Assembly: GCA_964057225.1 (NCBI GenBank) | Contig: OZ059897.1 | Span: 310,001 to 374,000 of the forward strand | DNA from: Auanema rhodensis | Taxonomy: Eukaryota; Animalia; Nematoda | Length of the DNA: 64,000 nt | Direction: 5' to 3' | Shown here: positions 40,701 to 55,600 of the stretch, piece by piece | How positions within the stretch are numbered: the first letter of the stretch is position 1 | Layout: every line of letters starts with the position of its first letter | Made by a program: the position numbers and the translations under genes | The notes under the pieces: generated by a model | Seen by the model: only the letters and a program-made list of their open reading frames with translations | What the model was told of the DNA's origin: nothing | The model's database searches: none

Positions 40701-41411
40701 ATGTTGAGTGTACATGGAAACTCAACATACACTAATGCATCATTTTTCAAACGATCATAACTAATTTTTGTATCAAGCGTTTCTCAATGTAGTATAGTGC
40801 ATTCGATGCGGATTTTTGAGCTGCGTCGATCTCTGTTATCAGATTTGCGCTAGCTTAAAAATGCACCGAGATATCAACTGATATAAGTTCACACTTATAT
40901 CCTCGATTTTCACCCTGAAGGAATAATTTTTTCGTTGAATAACATTGTCCATCGTCTTTGCCTTGAATAAAGGAATCTAAAAACATCTACTTTTTGCTAA
41001 ATTATTTTGAAATTTTTCGAAAAAATTTTTGTCAAAATGTTTTTGGAAGCAATGTTGAGTGTACATGGAAACTCAACATACACTAATGCATCATTTTTCA
41101 AACGATCATAACTAATTTTTGTATTAAGCGTTTCTCAATGTAGTATAGTGCATTCGATGCGGATTTTTAAGCTGCGTCGATCTGTGTTATCAGATTTGCG
41201 CTAGCTTAAAAATGCACCGAGATATCAACTGATATAAGTTCACACTTATATCCTCGATTTTCACCCTGAAGAATTAATTTTTTCGTTGAATAACATTGTC
41301 CATCGTCTTTGCCTTGAAAAAAGGAATCTAAAAACATCTACTTTTTGCTAAATTATTTTGAAATTTTTCGAAAAAATTTTTGTCAAAATGTTTTTGGAAG
41401 CATTGTTGAGT

Positions 41412-44300
41412 GTACATGGAAACTCAACATACACTAATGCATCATTTTTCAAACGATCATAACTAATTTTTGTATTAAGCGTTTCTCAATGTAGTATAGT
41501 GCATTCGATGCGGATTTTTAAGCTGCGTCGATCTGTGTTATCAGATTTGCGCTAGCTTAAAAATGCACCGAGATATCAACTGATATAAGTTCACACTTAT
41601 ATCCTCGATTTTCACCCTGAAGGAATAATTTTTTCGTTGAATAACATTGTCCATCGTCTTTGCCTTGAAAAAAGGAATCTAAAAACATCTACTTTTTGCT
41701 AAATTATTTTGAAATTTTTCGAAAAAATTTTTGTCAAAATGTTTTTGGAAGCATTGTTGAGTGTACATGGAAACTCAACATACACTAATGCATCATTTTT
41801 CAAACGATCATAACTAATTTTTGTATTAAGCGTTTCTCAATGTAGTATAGTGCATTCGATGCGGATTTTTAAGCTGCGTCGATCTGTGTTATCAGATTTG
41901 CGCTAGCTTAAAAATGCACCGAGATATCAACTGATATAAGTTCACACTTATATCCTCGATTTTCACCCTGAAGGAATAATTTTTTCGTTGAATAACATTG
42001 TCCATCGTCTTTGCCTTGAAAAAAGGAATCTAAAAACATCTACTTTTTGCTAAATTATTTTGAAATTTTTCGAAAAAATTTTTGTCAAAATGTTTTTGGA
42101 AGCATTGTTGAGTGTACATGGAAACTCAACATACACTAATGCATCATTTTTCAAACGATCATAACTAATTTTTGTATTAAGCGTTTCTCAATGTAGTATA
42201 GTGCATTCGATGCGGATTTTTAAGCTGCGTCGATCTGTGTTATCAGATTTGCGCTAGCTTAAAAATGCACCGAGATATCAACTGATATAAGTTCACACTT
42301 ATATCCTCGATTTTCACCCTGAAGAATTAATTTTTTCGTTGAATAACATTGTCCATCGTCTTTGCCTTGAATAAAGGAATCTAAAAACATCTACTTTTTG
42401 CTAAATTATTTCGAAATTTTTCGAAAAAATTTTTGTCAAAATGTTTTTGGAAGCATTGTTGAGTGTACATGGAAACTCAACATACACTAATGCATCATTT
42501 TTCAAACGATCATAACTAATTTTTGTATTAAGCCTTTCTCAATGTAGTATAGTGCATTCGATGCGGATTTTTAAGCTGCGTCGATCTCTGTTATCAGATT
42601 TGCGCTAGCTTAAAAATGCACCGAGATATCAACTGATATAAGTTCACACTTATATCCTCGATTTTCACCCTGAAGAATTAATTTTTTCGTTGAATAACAT
42701 TGTCCATCGTCTTTGCCTTGAATAAAGGAATCTAAAAACATCTACTTTTTGCTAAATTATTTTGAAATTTTTCGAAAAAATTTTTGTCAAAATGTTTTTG
42801 GAAGCAATGTTGAGTGTACATGGAAACTCAACATACACTAATGCATCATTTTTCAAACGATCATAACTAATTTTTGTATCAAGCGTTTCTCAATGTAGTA
42901 TAGTGCATTCGATGCGGATTTTTAAGCTGCGTCGATCTGTGTTATCAGATTTGCGCTAGCTTAAAAATGCACCGAGATATCAACTGATATAAGTTCACAC
43001 TTATATCCTCGATTTTCACCCTGAAGGAATAATTTTTTCGTTGAATAACATTGTCCATCGTCTTTGCCTTGAAAAAAGGAATCTAAAAACATCTACTTTT
43101 TGCTAAATTATTTTGAAATTTTTCGAAAAAATTTTTGTCAAAATGTTTTTGGAAGCATTGTTGAGTGTACATGGAAACTCAACATACACTAATGCATCAT
43201 TTTTCAAACGATCATAACTAATTTTTGTATTAAGCGTTTCTCAATGTAGTATAGTGCATTCGATGCGGATTTTTAAGCTGCGTCGATCTGTGTTATCAGA
43301 TTTGCGCTAGCTTAAAAATGCACCGAGATATCAACTGATATAAGTTCACACTTATATCCTCGATTTTCACCCTGAAGGAATAATTTTTTCGTTGAATAAC
43401 ATTGTCCATCGTCTTTGCCTTGAAAAAAGGAATCTAAAAACATCTACTTTTTGCTAAATTATTTTGAAATTTTTCGAAAAAATTTTTGTCAAAATGTTTT
43501 TGGAAGCATTGTTGAGTGTACATGGAAACTCAACATACACTAATGCATCATTTTTCAAACGATCATAACTAATTTTTGTATTAAGCGTTTCTCAATGTAG
43601 TATAGTGCATTCGATGCGGATTTTTAAGCTGCGTCGATCTGTGTTATCAGATTTGCGCTAGCTTAAAAATGCACCGAGATATCAACTGATATAAGTTCAC
43701 ACTTATATCCTCGATTTTCACCCTGAAGAATTAATTTTTTCGTTGAATAACATTGTCCATCGTCTTTGCCTTGAATAAAGGAATCTAAAAACATCTACTT
43801 TTTGCTAAATTATTTCGAAATTTTTCGAAAAAATTTTTGTCAAAATGTTTTTGGAAGCATTGTTGAGTGTACATGGAAACTCAACATACACTAATGCATC
43901 ATTTTTCAAACGATCATAACTAATTTTTGTATTAAGCCTTTCTCAATGTAGTATAGTGCATTCGATGCGGATTTTTAAGCTGCGTCGATCTCTGTTATCA
44001 GATTTGCGCTAGCTTAAAAATGCACCGAGATATCAACTGATATAAGTTCACACTTATATCCTCGATTTTCACCCTGAAGAATTAATTTTTTCGTTGAATA
44101 ACATTGTCCATCGTCTTTGCCTTGAATAAAGGAATCTAAAAACATCTACTTTTTGCTAAATTATTTTGAAATTTTTCGAAAAAATTTTTGTCAAAATGTT
44201 TTTGGAAGCAATGTTGAGTGTACATGGAAACTCAACATACACTAATGCATCATTTTTCAAACGATCATAACTAATTTTTGTATCAAGCGTTTCTCAATGT
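41412..44300 (+). repeat. 4-monomer higher-order repeat (1404 bp) x2
   Basis: ATTATTTCGAAAT monomers at 42114 and 43518, each followed by an AGCCTT+ATCTCT monomer and then a TATCAAGC monomer. The same series occurs from 37902. Confidence 0.8.
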
Positions 44301-47300
44301 AGTATAGTGCATTCGATGCGGATTTTTGAGCTGCGTCGATCTCTGTTATCAGATTTGCGCTAGCTTAAAAATGCACCGAGATATCAACTGATATAAGTTC
44401 ACACTTATATCCTCGATTTTCACCCTGAAGGAATAATTTTTTCGTTGAATAACATTGTCCATCGTCTTTGCCTTGAATAAAGGAATCTAAAAACATCTAC
44501 TTTTTGCTAAATTATTTTGAAATTTTTCGAAAAAATTTTTGTCAAAATGTTTTTGGAAGCAATGTTGAGTGTACATGGAAACTCAACATACACTAATGCA
44601 TCATTTTTCAAACGATCATAACTAATTTTTGTATTAAGCGTTTCTCAATGTAGTATAGTGCATTCGATGCGGATTTTTAAGCTGCGTCGATCTGTGTTAT
44701 CAGATTTGCGCTAGCTTAAAAATGCACCGAGATATCAACTGATATAAGTTCACACTTATATCCTCGATTTTCACCCTGAAGAATTAATTTTTTCGTTGAA
44801 TAACATTGTCCATCGTCTTTGCCTTGAATAAAGGAATCTAAAAACATCTACTTTTTGCTAAATTATTTTGAAATTTTTCGAAAAAATTTTTGTCAAAATG
44901 TTTTTGGAAGCAATGTTGAGTGTACATGGAAACTCAACATACACTAATGCATCATTTTTCAAACGATCATAACTAATTTTTGTATTAAGCGTTTCTCAAT
45001 GTAGTATAGTGCATTCGATGCGGATTTTTAAGCTGCGTCGATCTGTGTTATCAGATTTGCGCTAGCTTAAAAATGCACCGAGATATCAACTGATATAAGT
45101 TCACACTTATATCCTCGATTTTCACCCTGAAGAATTAATTTTTTCGTTGAATAACATTGTCCATCGTCTTTGCCTTGAAAAATGGAATCTAAAAACATCT
45201 ACTTTTTGCTAAATTATTTTGAAATTTTTCGAAAAAATTTTTGTCAAAATGTTTTTGGAAGCATTGTTGAGTGTACATGGAAACTCAACATACACTAATG
45301 CATCATTTTTCAAAGGATCATAACTAATTTTTGTATTAAGCGTTTCTCAATGTAGTATAGTGCATTCGATGCGGATTTTTAAGCTGCGTCGATCTGTGTT
45401 ATCAGATTTGCGCTAGCTTAAAAATGCACCAAGATATCAACTGATATAAGTTCACACTTATATCCTCGATTTTCACCCTGAAGAATTAATTTTTTCGTTG
45501 AATAACATTGTCCATCGTCTTTGCCTTGAATAAAGGAATCTAAAAACATCTACTTTTTGCTAAATTATTTTGAAATTTTTCGAAAAAATTTTTGTCAAAA
45601 TGTTTTTGGAAGCAATGTTGAGTGTACATGGAAACTCAACATACACTAATGCATCATTTTTCAAACGATTATAACTAATTTTTGTATTAAGCGTTTCTCA
45701 ATGTAGTATAGTGCATTCGATGCGGATTTTTAAGCTGCGTCGATCTGTGTTATCAGATTTGCGTTAGCTTAAAATGCACCGAGATATCAACTGATATAAG
45801 TTCACACTTATATCCTCGATTTTCACCCTGAAGGAATAATTTTTTCGTTGAATAACATTGTCCATCGTCTTTGCCTTGAATAAAGGAATCTAAAAACATC
45901 TACTTTTTGCTAAATTATTTCGAAATTTTTCGAAAAAATTTTTGTCAAAATGTTTTTGGAAGCATTGTTGAGTGTACATGGAAACTCAACATACACTAAT
46001 GCATCATTTTTCAAACGATCATAACTAATTTTTGTATTAAGCCTTTCTCAATGTAGTATAGTGCATTCGATGCGGATTTTTAAGCTGCGTCGATCTCTGT
46101 TATCAGATTTGCGCTAGCTTAAAAATGCACCGAGATATCAACTGATATAAGTTCACACTTATATCCTCGATTTTCACCCTGAAGAATTAATTTTTTCGTT
46201 GAATAACATTGTCCATCGTCTTTGCCTTGAATAAAGGAATCTAAAAACATCTACTTTTTGCTAAATTATTTTGAAATTTTTCGAAAAAATTTTTGTCAAA
46301 ATGTTTTTGGAAGCAATGTTGAGTGTACATGGAAACTCAACATACACTAATGCATCATTTTTCAAACGATCATAACTAATTTTTGAATCAAGCGTTTCTC
46401 AATGTAGTATAGTGCATTCGATGCGGATTTTTAAGCTGCGTCGATCTCTGTTATCAGATTTGCGCTAGCTTAAAAATGCACCGAGATATCAACTGATATA
46501 AGTTCACACTTATATCCTCGATTTTCACCCTGAAGGAATAATTTTTTCGTTGAATAACATTGTCCATCGTCTTTGCCTTGAATAAAGGAATCTAAAAACA
46601 TCTACTTTTTGCTAAATTATTTTGAAATTTTTCGAAAAAATTTTTGTCAAAATGTTTTTGGAAGCAATGTTGAGTGTACATGGAAACTCAACATACACTA
46701 ATGCATCATTTTTCAAACGATCATAACTAATTTTTGTATCAAGCGTTTCTCAATGTAGTTTAGTGCATTCGATGCGGATTTTTAAGCTGCGTCGATCTCT
46801 GTTATCAGATTTGCGCTAGCTTAAAAATGCACCGAGATATTGACTGATATAAGTTCACACTTATATCCTCGATTTTCACCCTGAAGAATTAATTTTTTCG
46901 TTGAATAACATTGTTCATCGTCTTTGCCTTGAATAAAGGAATCTAAAAACATCTACTTTTTGCTAAATTATTTCGAAATTTTTCGAAAAAATTTTTGTCA
47001 AAATGTTTTTGGAAGCAATGTTGAGTGTACATGGAAACTCAACATACACTAATGCATCATTTTTCAAACGATCATAACTAATTTTTGTATTAAGCGTTTC
47101 TCAATGTAGTATAGTGCATTCGATGCGGATGTTTAAGCTGCGTCGATCTGTGTTATCAGATTTGCGCTAGCGTAAAAATGCACCGAGATATCAACTGATA
47201 TAAGTTCACACTTATATCCTCGATTTTCACCCTGAAGGAATAATTTTTTCGTTGAATAACATTGTCCATCGTCTTTGCCTTGAAAAAAGGAATCTAAAAA

Positions 47301-50300
47301 CATCTACTTTTTGCTAAATTATTTTGAAATTTTTCGAAAAAATTTTTGTCAAAATGTTTTTGGAAGCATTGTTGAGTGTACATGGAAACTCAACATACAC
47401 TAATGCATCATTTTTCAAACGATCATAACTAATTTTTGTATTGAGCCTTTCTCAATGTAGTATAGTGCATTCGATGCGGATTTTTAAACTGCGTCGATCT
47501 GTGTTATCAGATTTGCGCTAGCGTAAAAATGCACCGAGATATCAACTGATATAAGTTCACACTTATATCCTCGATTTTCACCCTGAAGGAATAATTTTTT
47601 CGTTGAATAACATTGTCCATCGTCTTTGCCTTGAAAAAAGGAATCTAAAAACATCTACTTTTTGCTAAATTATTTTGAAATTTTTCGAAAAAATTTTTGT
47701 CAAAATGTTTTTGGAAGCATTGTTGAGTGTACATGGAAACTCAACATACACTAATGCATCATTTTTCAAACGATCATAACTAATTTTTGTATTAAGCGTT
47801 TCTCAATGTAGTATAGTGCATTCGATGCGGATTTTTAAGCTGCGTCGATCTGTGTTATCAGATTTGCGCTAGCTTAAAAATGCACCAAGATATCAACTGA
47901 TATAAGTTCACACTTATATCCTCGATTTTCACCCTGAAGAATTAATTTTTTCGTTGATTAACATTGTCCATCGTCTTTGCCTTGAATAAAGGAATCTAAA
48001 AACATCTACTTTTTGCTAAATTATTTTGAAATTTTTCGAAAAAATTTTTGTCAAAATGTTTTTGGAAGCAATGTTGAGTGTACATGGAAACTCAACATAC
48101 ACTAATGCATCATTTTTCAAACGATCATAACTAATTTTTGTATTAAGCGTTTCTCAATGTAGTATAGTGCGTTCGATGCGGATTTTTAAGCTGCGTCGAT
48201 CTGTGTTATCAGATTTGCGCTAGCTTAAAAATGCACCAAGATATCAACTGATATAAGTTCACACTTATATCCTCGAATTTCACCCTGAAGAATTAATTTT
48301 TTCGTTGAATAACATTGTCCATCGTCTTTGCCTTGAATAAAGGAATCTAAAAACATCTACTTTTTGCTAAATTATTTTGAAATTTTTCGAAAAAATTTTT
48401 GTCAAAATGTTTTTGGAAGCATTGTTGAGTGTACATGGAAACTCAACATACACTAATGCATCATTTTTCAAACGATCATAACTAATTTTTGTATTGAGCC
48501 TTTCTCAATGTAGTATAGTGCATTCGATGCGGATTTTTAAGCTGCGTCGATCTGTGTTATCAGATTTGCGCTAGCTTAAAAATGCACCAAGATATCAACT
48601 GATATAAGTTCACACTTATATCCTCGATTTTCACCCTGAAGAATTAATTTTTTCGTTGAATAACATTGTCCATCGTCTTTGCCTTGAATAAAGGAATCTA
48701 AAAACATCTACTTTTTGCTAAATTATTTTGAAATTTTTCGAAAAAATTTTTGTCAAAATGTTTTTGGAAGCAATGTTGAGTGTACATGGAAACTCAACAT
48801 ACACTAATGCATCATTTTTCAAACGATCATAACTAATTTTTGTATTAAGCGTTTCTCAATGTAGTATAGTGCATTCGATGCGGATTTTTAAGCTGCGTCG
48901 ATCGGTGTTATCAGATTTGCGCTAGCTTAAAAATGCACCGAGATATCAACTGATATAAGTTCACACTTATATCCTCTATTTTCACCCTGAAGAATTAATT
49001 TTTTCGTTGAATAACATTGTCCATCGTCTTTGCCTTGAAAAATGGAATCTAAAAACATCTACTTTTTGCTAAATTATTTTGAAATTTTTCGAAAAAATTT
49101 TTGTCAAAATGTTTTTGGAAGCATTGTTGAGTGTACATGGAAACTCAACATACACTAATGCATCATTTTTCAAACGATCATAACTAATTTTTGTATTAAG
49201 CCTTTCTCAATGTAGTATAGTGCATTCGATGCGGATTTTTAAGCTGCGTCGATCTGTGTTATCAGATTTGCGCTAGCTTAAAAATGCACCAAGATATCAA
49301 CTGATATAAGTTCACACTTATATCCTCGATTTTCACCCTGAAGAATTAATTTTTTCGTTGAATAACATTGTCCATCGTCTTTGCCTTGAATAAAGGAATC
49401 TAAAAACATCTACTTTTTGCTAAATTATTTTGAAATTTTTCGAAAAAATTTTTGTCAAAATGTTTTTGGAAGCATTGTTGAGTGTACATGGAAACTCAAC
49501 ATACACTAATGCATCATTTTTCAAACGATCATAACTAATTTTTGTATTAAGCCTTTCTCAATGTAGTATAGTGCATTCGATGCGGATTTTTAAGCTGCGT
49601 CGATCTGTGTTATCAGATTTGCGCTAGCGTAAAAATGCACCGAGATATCAACTGATATAAGTTCACACTTATATCCTCGATTTTCACCCTGAAGGAATAA
49701 TTTTTTCGTTGAATAACATTGTCCATCGTCTTTGCCTTGAAAAATGGAATCTAAAAACATCTACTTTTTGCTAAATTATTTTGAAATTTTTCGAAAAAAT
49801 TTTTGTCAAAATGTTTTTGGAAGCATTGTTGAGTGTACATGGAAACTCAACATACACTAATGCATCATTTTTCAAACGATCATAACTAATTTTTGTATTA
49901 AGCCTTTCTCAATGTAGTATAGTGCATTCGATGCGGATTTTTAAGCTGCGTCGATCTGTGTTATCAGATTTGCGCTAGCTTAAAAATGCACCAAGATATC
50001 AACTGATATAAGTTCACACTTATATCCTCGATTTTCACCCTGAAGAATTAATTTTTTCGTTGAATAACATTGTCCATCGTCTTTGCCTTGAATGAAGGAA
50101 TCTAAAAACATCTACTTTTTGCTAAATTATTTTGAAATTTTTCGAAAAAATTTTTGTCAAAATGTTTTTGGAAGCATTGTTGAGTGTGCATGGAAACTCA
50201 ACATACACTAATGCATCATTTTTCAAACGATCATAACTAATTTTTGTATTAAGCCTTTCTCAATGTAGTATAGTGCATTCGATGCGGATTTTTAAGCTGC

Positions 50301-52642
50301 GTCGATCTGTGTTATCAGATTTGCGCTAGCGTAAAAATGCACCGAGATATCAACTGATATAAGTTCACACTTATATCCTCGATTTTCACCCTGAAGGAAT
50401 AATTTTTTCGTTGAATAACATTGTCCATCGTCTTTGCCTTGAAAAATGGAATCTAAAAACATCTACTTTTTGCTAAATTATTTTGAAATTTTTCGAAAAA
50501 ATTTTTGTCAAAATGTTTTTGGAAGCATTGTTGAGTGTACATGGAAACTCAACATACACTAATGCATCATTTTTCAAACGATCATAACTAATTTTTGTAT
50601 TAAGCCTTTCTCAATGTAGTATAGTGCATTCGATGCGGATTTTTAAGCTGCGTCGATCTGTGTTATCAGATTTGCGCTAGCTTAAAAATGCACCAAGATA
50701 TCAACTGATATAAGTTCACACTTATATCCTCGATTTTCACCCTGAAGAATTAATGTTTTCGTTGAATAACATTGTCCATCGTCTTTGCCTTGAATAAAGG
50801 AATCTAAAAACATCTACTTTTTGCTAAATTATTTTGAAATTTTTCGAAAAAATTTTTGTCAAAATGTTTTTGGAAGCATTGTTGAGTGTACATGGAAACT
50901 CAACATACACTAAAGCATCATTTTTCAAACGATCATAACTAATTTTTGTATTAAGCGTTTCTCAATGTAGTATAGTGCGTTCGATGCGGATTTTTAAGCT
51001 GCGTCGATCTGTGTTATCAGATTTGCGCTAGCTTAAAAATGCACCAAGATATCAACTGATATAAGTTCACACTTATATCCTCGATTTTCACCCTGAAGAA
51101 TTAATTTTTTCGTTGAATAACATTGTCCATCGTCTTTGCCTTGAATAAAGGAATCTAAAAACATCTACTTTTTGCTAAATTATTTTGAAATTTTTCGAAA
51201 AAATTTTTGTCAAAATGTTTTTGGAAGCATTGTTGAGTGTACATGGAAACTCAACATACACTAATGCATCATTTTTCAAACGATCATAACTAATTTTTGT
51301 ATTAAGCCTTTCTCAATGTAGTATAGTGCATTCGATGCGGATTTTTAAGCTGCGTCGATCTGTGTTATCAGATTTGCGCTAGCTTAAAAATGCACCAAGA
51401 TATCAACTGATATAAGTTCACACTTATATCCTCGATTTTCACCCTGAAGAATTAATTTTTTCGTTGAATAACATTGTCCATCGTCTTTGCCTTGAATAAA
51501 GGAATCTAAAAACATCTACTTTTTGCTAAATTATTTTGAAATTTTTCGAAAAAATTTTTGTCAAAATGTTTTTGGAAGCATTGTTGAGTGTACATGGAAA
51601 CTCAACATACACTAATGCATCATTTTTCAAACGATCATAACTAATTTTTGTATTAAGCCTTTCTCAATGTAGTATAGTGCATTCGTTGCGGATTTTTAAG
51701 CTGCGTCGATCTGTGTTATCAGATTTGCGCTAGCGTAAAAATGCACCGAGATATCAACTGATATAAGTTCACACTTATATCCTCGATTTTCACCCTGAAG
51801 GAATAATTTTTTCGTTGAATAACATTGTCCATCGTCTTTGCCTTGAAAAAAGAAATCTAAAAACATCTACTTTTTGCTAAATTATTTTGAAATTTTTCGA
51901 AAAAATTTTTGTCAAAATGTTTTTGGAAGCATTGTTGAGTGTACATGGAAACTCAACATACACTAATGCATCATTTTTCAAAAGATCATAACTAATTTTT
52001 GTATTAAGCGTTTCTCACTGTAGTATAGTGCATTCGATGCGGATTTTTAAGCTGCGTCGATCTGTGTTATCAGATTTGCGCTAGCTTAAAAATGCACCAA
52101 GATATCAACTGATATAAGTTCACACTTATATCCTCGATTTTCACCCTGAAGAATTAATTTTTTCGTTGAATAACATTGTCCATCGTCTTTGCCTTGAATA
52201 AAGGAATCTAAAAACATCTACTTTTTGCTAAATTATTTTGAAATTTTTCGAAAAAATTTTTGTCAAAATGTTTTTGGAAGCAATGTTGAGTGTACATGGA
52301 AACTCAACATACACTAATGCATCATTTTTCAAACGATCATAACTAATTTTTGTATTAAGCGTTTCTCAATGTAGTATAGTGCGTTCGATGCGGATTTTTA
52401 AGCTGCGTCGATCTGTGTTATCAGATTTGCGCTAGCTTAAAAATGCACCAAGATATCAACTGATATAAGTTCACACTTATATCCTCGATTTTCACCCTGA
52501 AGAATTAATTTTTTCGTTGAATAACATTGTCCATCGTCTTTGCCTTGAATAAAGGAATCTAAAAACATCTACTTTTTGCTAAATTATTTTGAAATTTTTC
52601 GAAAAAATTTTTGTCAAAATGTTTTTGGAAGCATTGTTGAGT

Positions 52643-55600
52643 GTACATGGAAACTCAACATACACTAATGCATCATTTTTCAAACGATCATAACTAATTT
52701 TTGTATTAAGCCTTTCTCAATGTAGTATAGTGCATTCGATGCGGATTTTTAAGCTGCGTCGATCTGTGTTATCAGATTTGCGCTAGCTTAAAAATGCACC
52801 AAGATATCAACTGATATAAGTTCACACTTATATCCTCGATTTTCACCCTGAAGAATTAATGTTTTCGTTGAATAACATTGTCCATCGTCTTTGCCTTGAA
52901 TAAAGGAATCTAAAAACATCTACTTTTTGCTAAATTATTTTGAAATTTTTCGAAAAAATTTTTGTCAAAATGTTTTTGGAAGCATTGTTGAGTGTACATG
53001 GAAACTCAACATACACTAATGCATCATTTTTCAAACGATCATAACTAATTTTTGTATTAAGCCTTTCTCAATGTAGTATAGTGCATTCGATGCGGATTTT
53101 TAAGCTGCGTCGATCTGTGTTATCAGATTTGCGCTAGCTTAAAAATGCACCAAGATATCAACTGATATAAGTTCACACTTATATCCTCGATTTTCACCCT
53201 GAAGAATTAATTTTTTCGTTGAATAACATTGTCCATCGTCTTTGCCTTGAATAAAGGAATCTACAAACATCTACTTTTTGCTAAATTATTTTGAAATTTT
53301 TCGAAAAAATTTTTGTCAAAATGTTTTTGGAAGCAATGTTGAGTGTACATGGAAACTCAACATACACTAATGCATCATTTTTCAAACGATCATAACTAAT
53401 TTTTGTATTAAGCGTTTCTCAATGTAGTATAGTGCATTCGATGCGGATTTTTAAGCTGCGTCGATCTGTGTTATCAGATTTGCGCTAGCTTAAAAATGCA
53501 CCGAGATATCAACTGATATAAGTTCACACTTATATCCTCGATTTTCACCCTGAAGAATTAATTTTTTCGTTGAATAACATTGTCCATCGTCTTTGCCTTG
53601 AAAAATGGAATCTAAAAACATCTACTTTTTGCTAAATTATTTTGAAATTTTTCGAAAAAATTTTTGTCAAAATGTTTTTGGAAGCATTGTTGAGTGTACA
53701 TGGAAACTCAACATACACTAATGCATCATTTTTCAAAGGATCATAACTAATTTTTGTATTAAGCGTTTCTCAATGTAGTATAGTGCATTCTATGCGGATT
53801 TTTAAGCTGCGTCGATCTGTGTTATCAGATTTGCGCTAGCTTAAAAATGCACCAAGATATCAACTGATATAAGTTCACACTTATATCCTCGATTTTCACC
53901 CTGAAGAATTAATTTTTTCGTTGAATAACATTGTCCATCGTCTTTGCCTTGAATAAAGGAATCTAAAAACATCTACTTTTTGCTAAATTATTTTGAAATT
54001 TTTCGAAAAAATTTTTGTCAAAATGTTTTTGGAAGCAATGTTGAGTGTACATGGAAACTCAACATACACTAATGCATCATTTTTCAAACGATCATAACTA
54101 ATTTTTGTATTAAGCGTTTCTCAATGTAGTATAGTGCGTTCGATGCGGATTTTTAAGCTGCGTCGATCTGTGTTATCAGATTTGCGCTAGCTTAAAAATG
54201 CACCAAGATATCAACTGATATAAGTTCACACTTATATCCTCGATTTTCACCCTGAAGAATTAATTTTTTCGTTGAATAACATTGTCCATCGTCTTTGCCT
54301 TGAATAAAGGAATCTAAAAACATCTACTTTTTGCTAAATTATTTTGAAATTTTTCGAAAAAATTTTTGTCAAAATGTTTTTGGAAGCATTGTTGAGTGTA
54401 CATGGAAACTCAACATACACTAATGCATCATTTTTCAAACGATCATAACTAATTTTTGTATTAAGCCTTTCTCAATGTAGTATAGTGCATTCGATGCGGA
54501 TTTTTAAGCTGCGTCGATCTGTGTTATCAGATTTGCGCTAGCTTAAAAATGCACCAAGATATCAACTGATATAAGTTCACACTTATATCCTCGATTTTCA
54601 CCCTGAAGAATTAATTTTTTCGTTGAATAACATTGTCCATCGTCTTTGCCTTGAATAAAGGAATCTAAAAACATCTACTTTTTGCTAAATTATTTTGAAA
54701 TTTTTCGAAAAAATTTTTGTCAAAATGTTTTTGGAAGCATTGTTGAGTGTACATGGAAACTCAACATACACTAATGCATCATTTTTCAAACGATCATAAC
54801 TAATTTTTGTATTAAGCCTTTCTCAATGTAGTATAGTGCATTCGATGCGGATTTTTAAGCTGCGTCGATCTGTTTTATCAGATTTGCGCTAGCGTAAAAA
54901 TGCACCGAGATATCAACTGATATAAGTTCACACTTATATCCTCGATTTTCACCCTGAAGGAATAATTTTTTCGTTGAATAACATTGTCCATCGTCTTTGC
55001 CTTGAAAAAAGAAATCTAAAAACATCTACTTTTTGCTAAATTATTTTGAAATTTTTCGAAAAAATTTTTGTCAAAATGTTTTTGGAAGCATTGTTGAGTG
55101 TACATGGAAACTCAACATACACTAATGCATCATTTTTCAAAGGATCATAACTAATTTTTGTATTAAGCGTTTCTCAATGTAGTTTAGTGCATTCGATGCG
55201 GATTTTTAAGCTGCGTCGATCTGTGTTATCAGATTTGCGCTAGCTTAAAAATGCACCAAGATATCAACTGATATAAGTTCACACTTATATCCTCGATTTT
55301 CACCCTGAAGAATTAATTTTTTCGTTGAATAACATTGTCCATCGTCTTTGCCTTGAATAAAGGAATCTAAAAACATCTACTTTTTGCTAAATTATTTTGA
55401 AATTTTTCGAAAAAATTTTTGTCAAAATGTTTTTGGAAGCATTGTTGAGTGTACATGGAAACTCAACATACACTAATGCATCATTTTTCAAACGATCATA
55501 ACTAATTTTTGTATTAAGCCTTTCTCAATGTAGTATAGTGCATTCGATGCGGATTTTTAAGCTGCGTCGATCTGTGTTATCAGATTTGCGCTAGCTTAAA

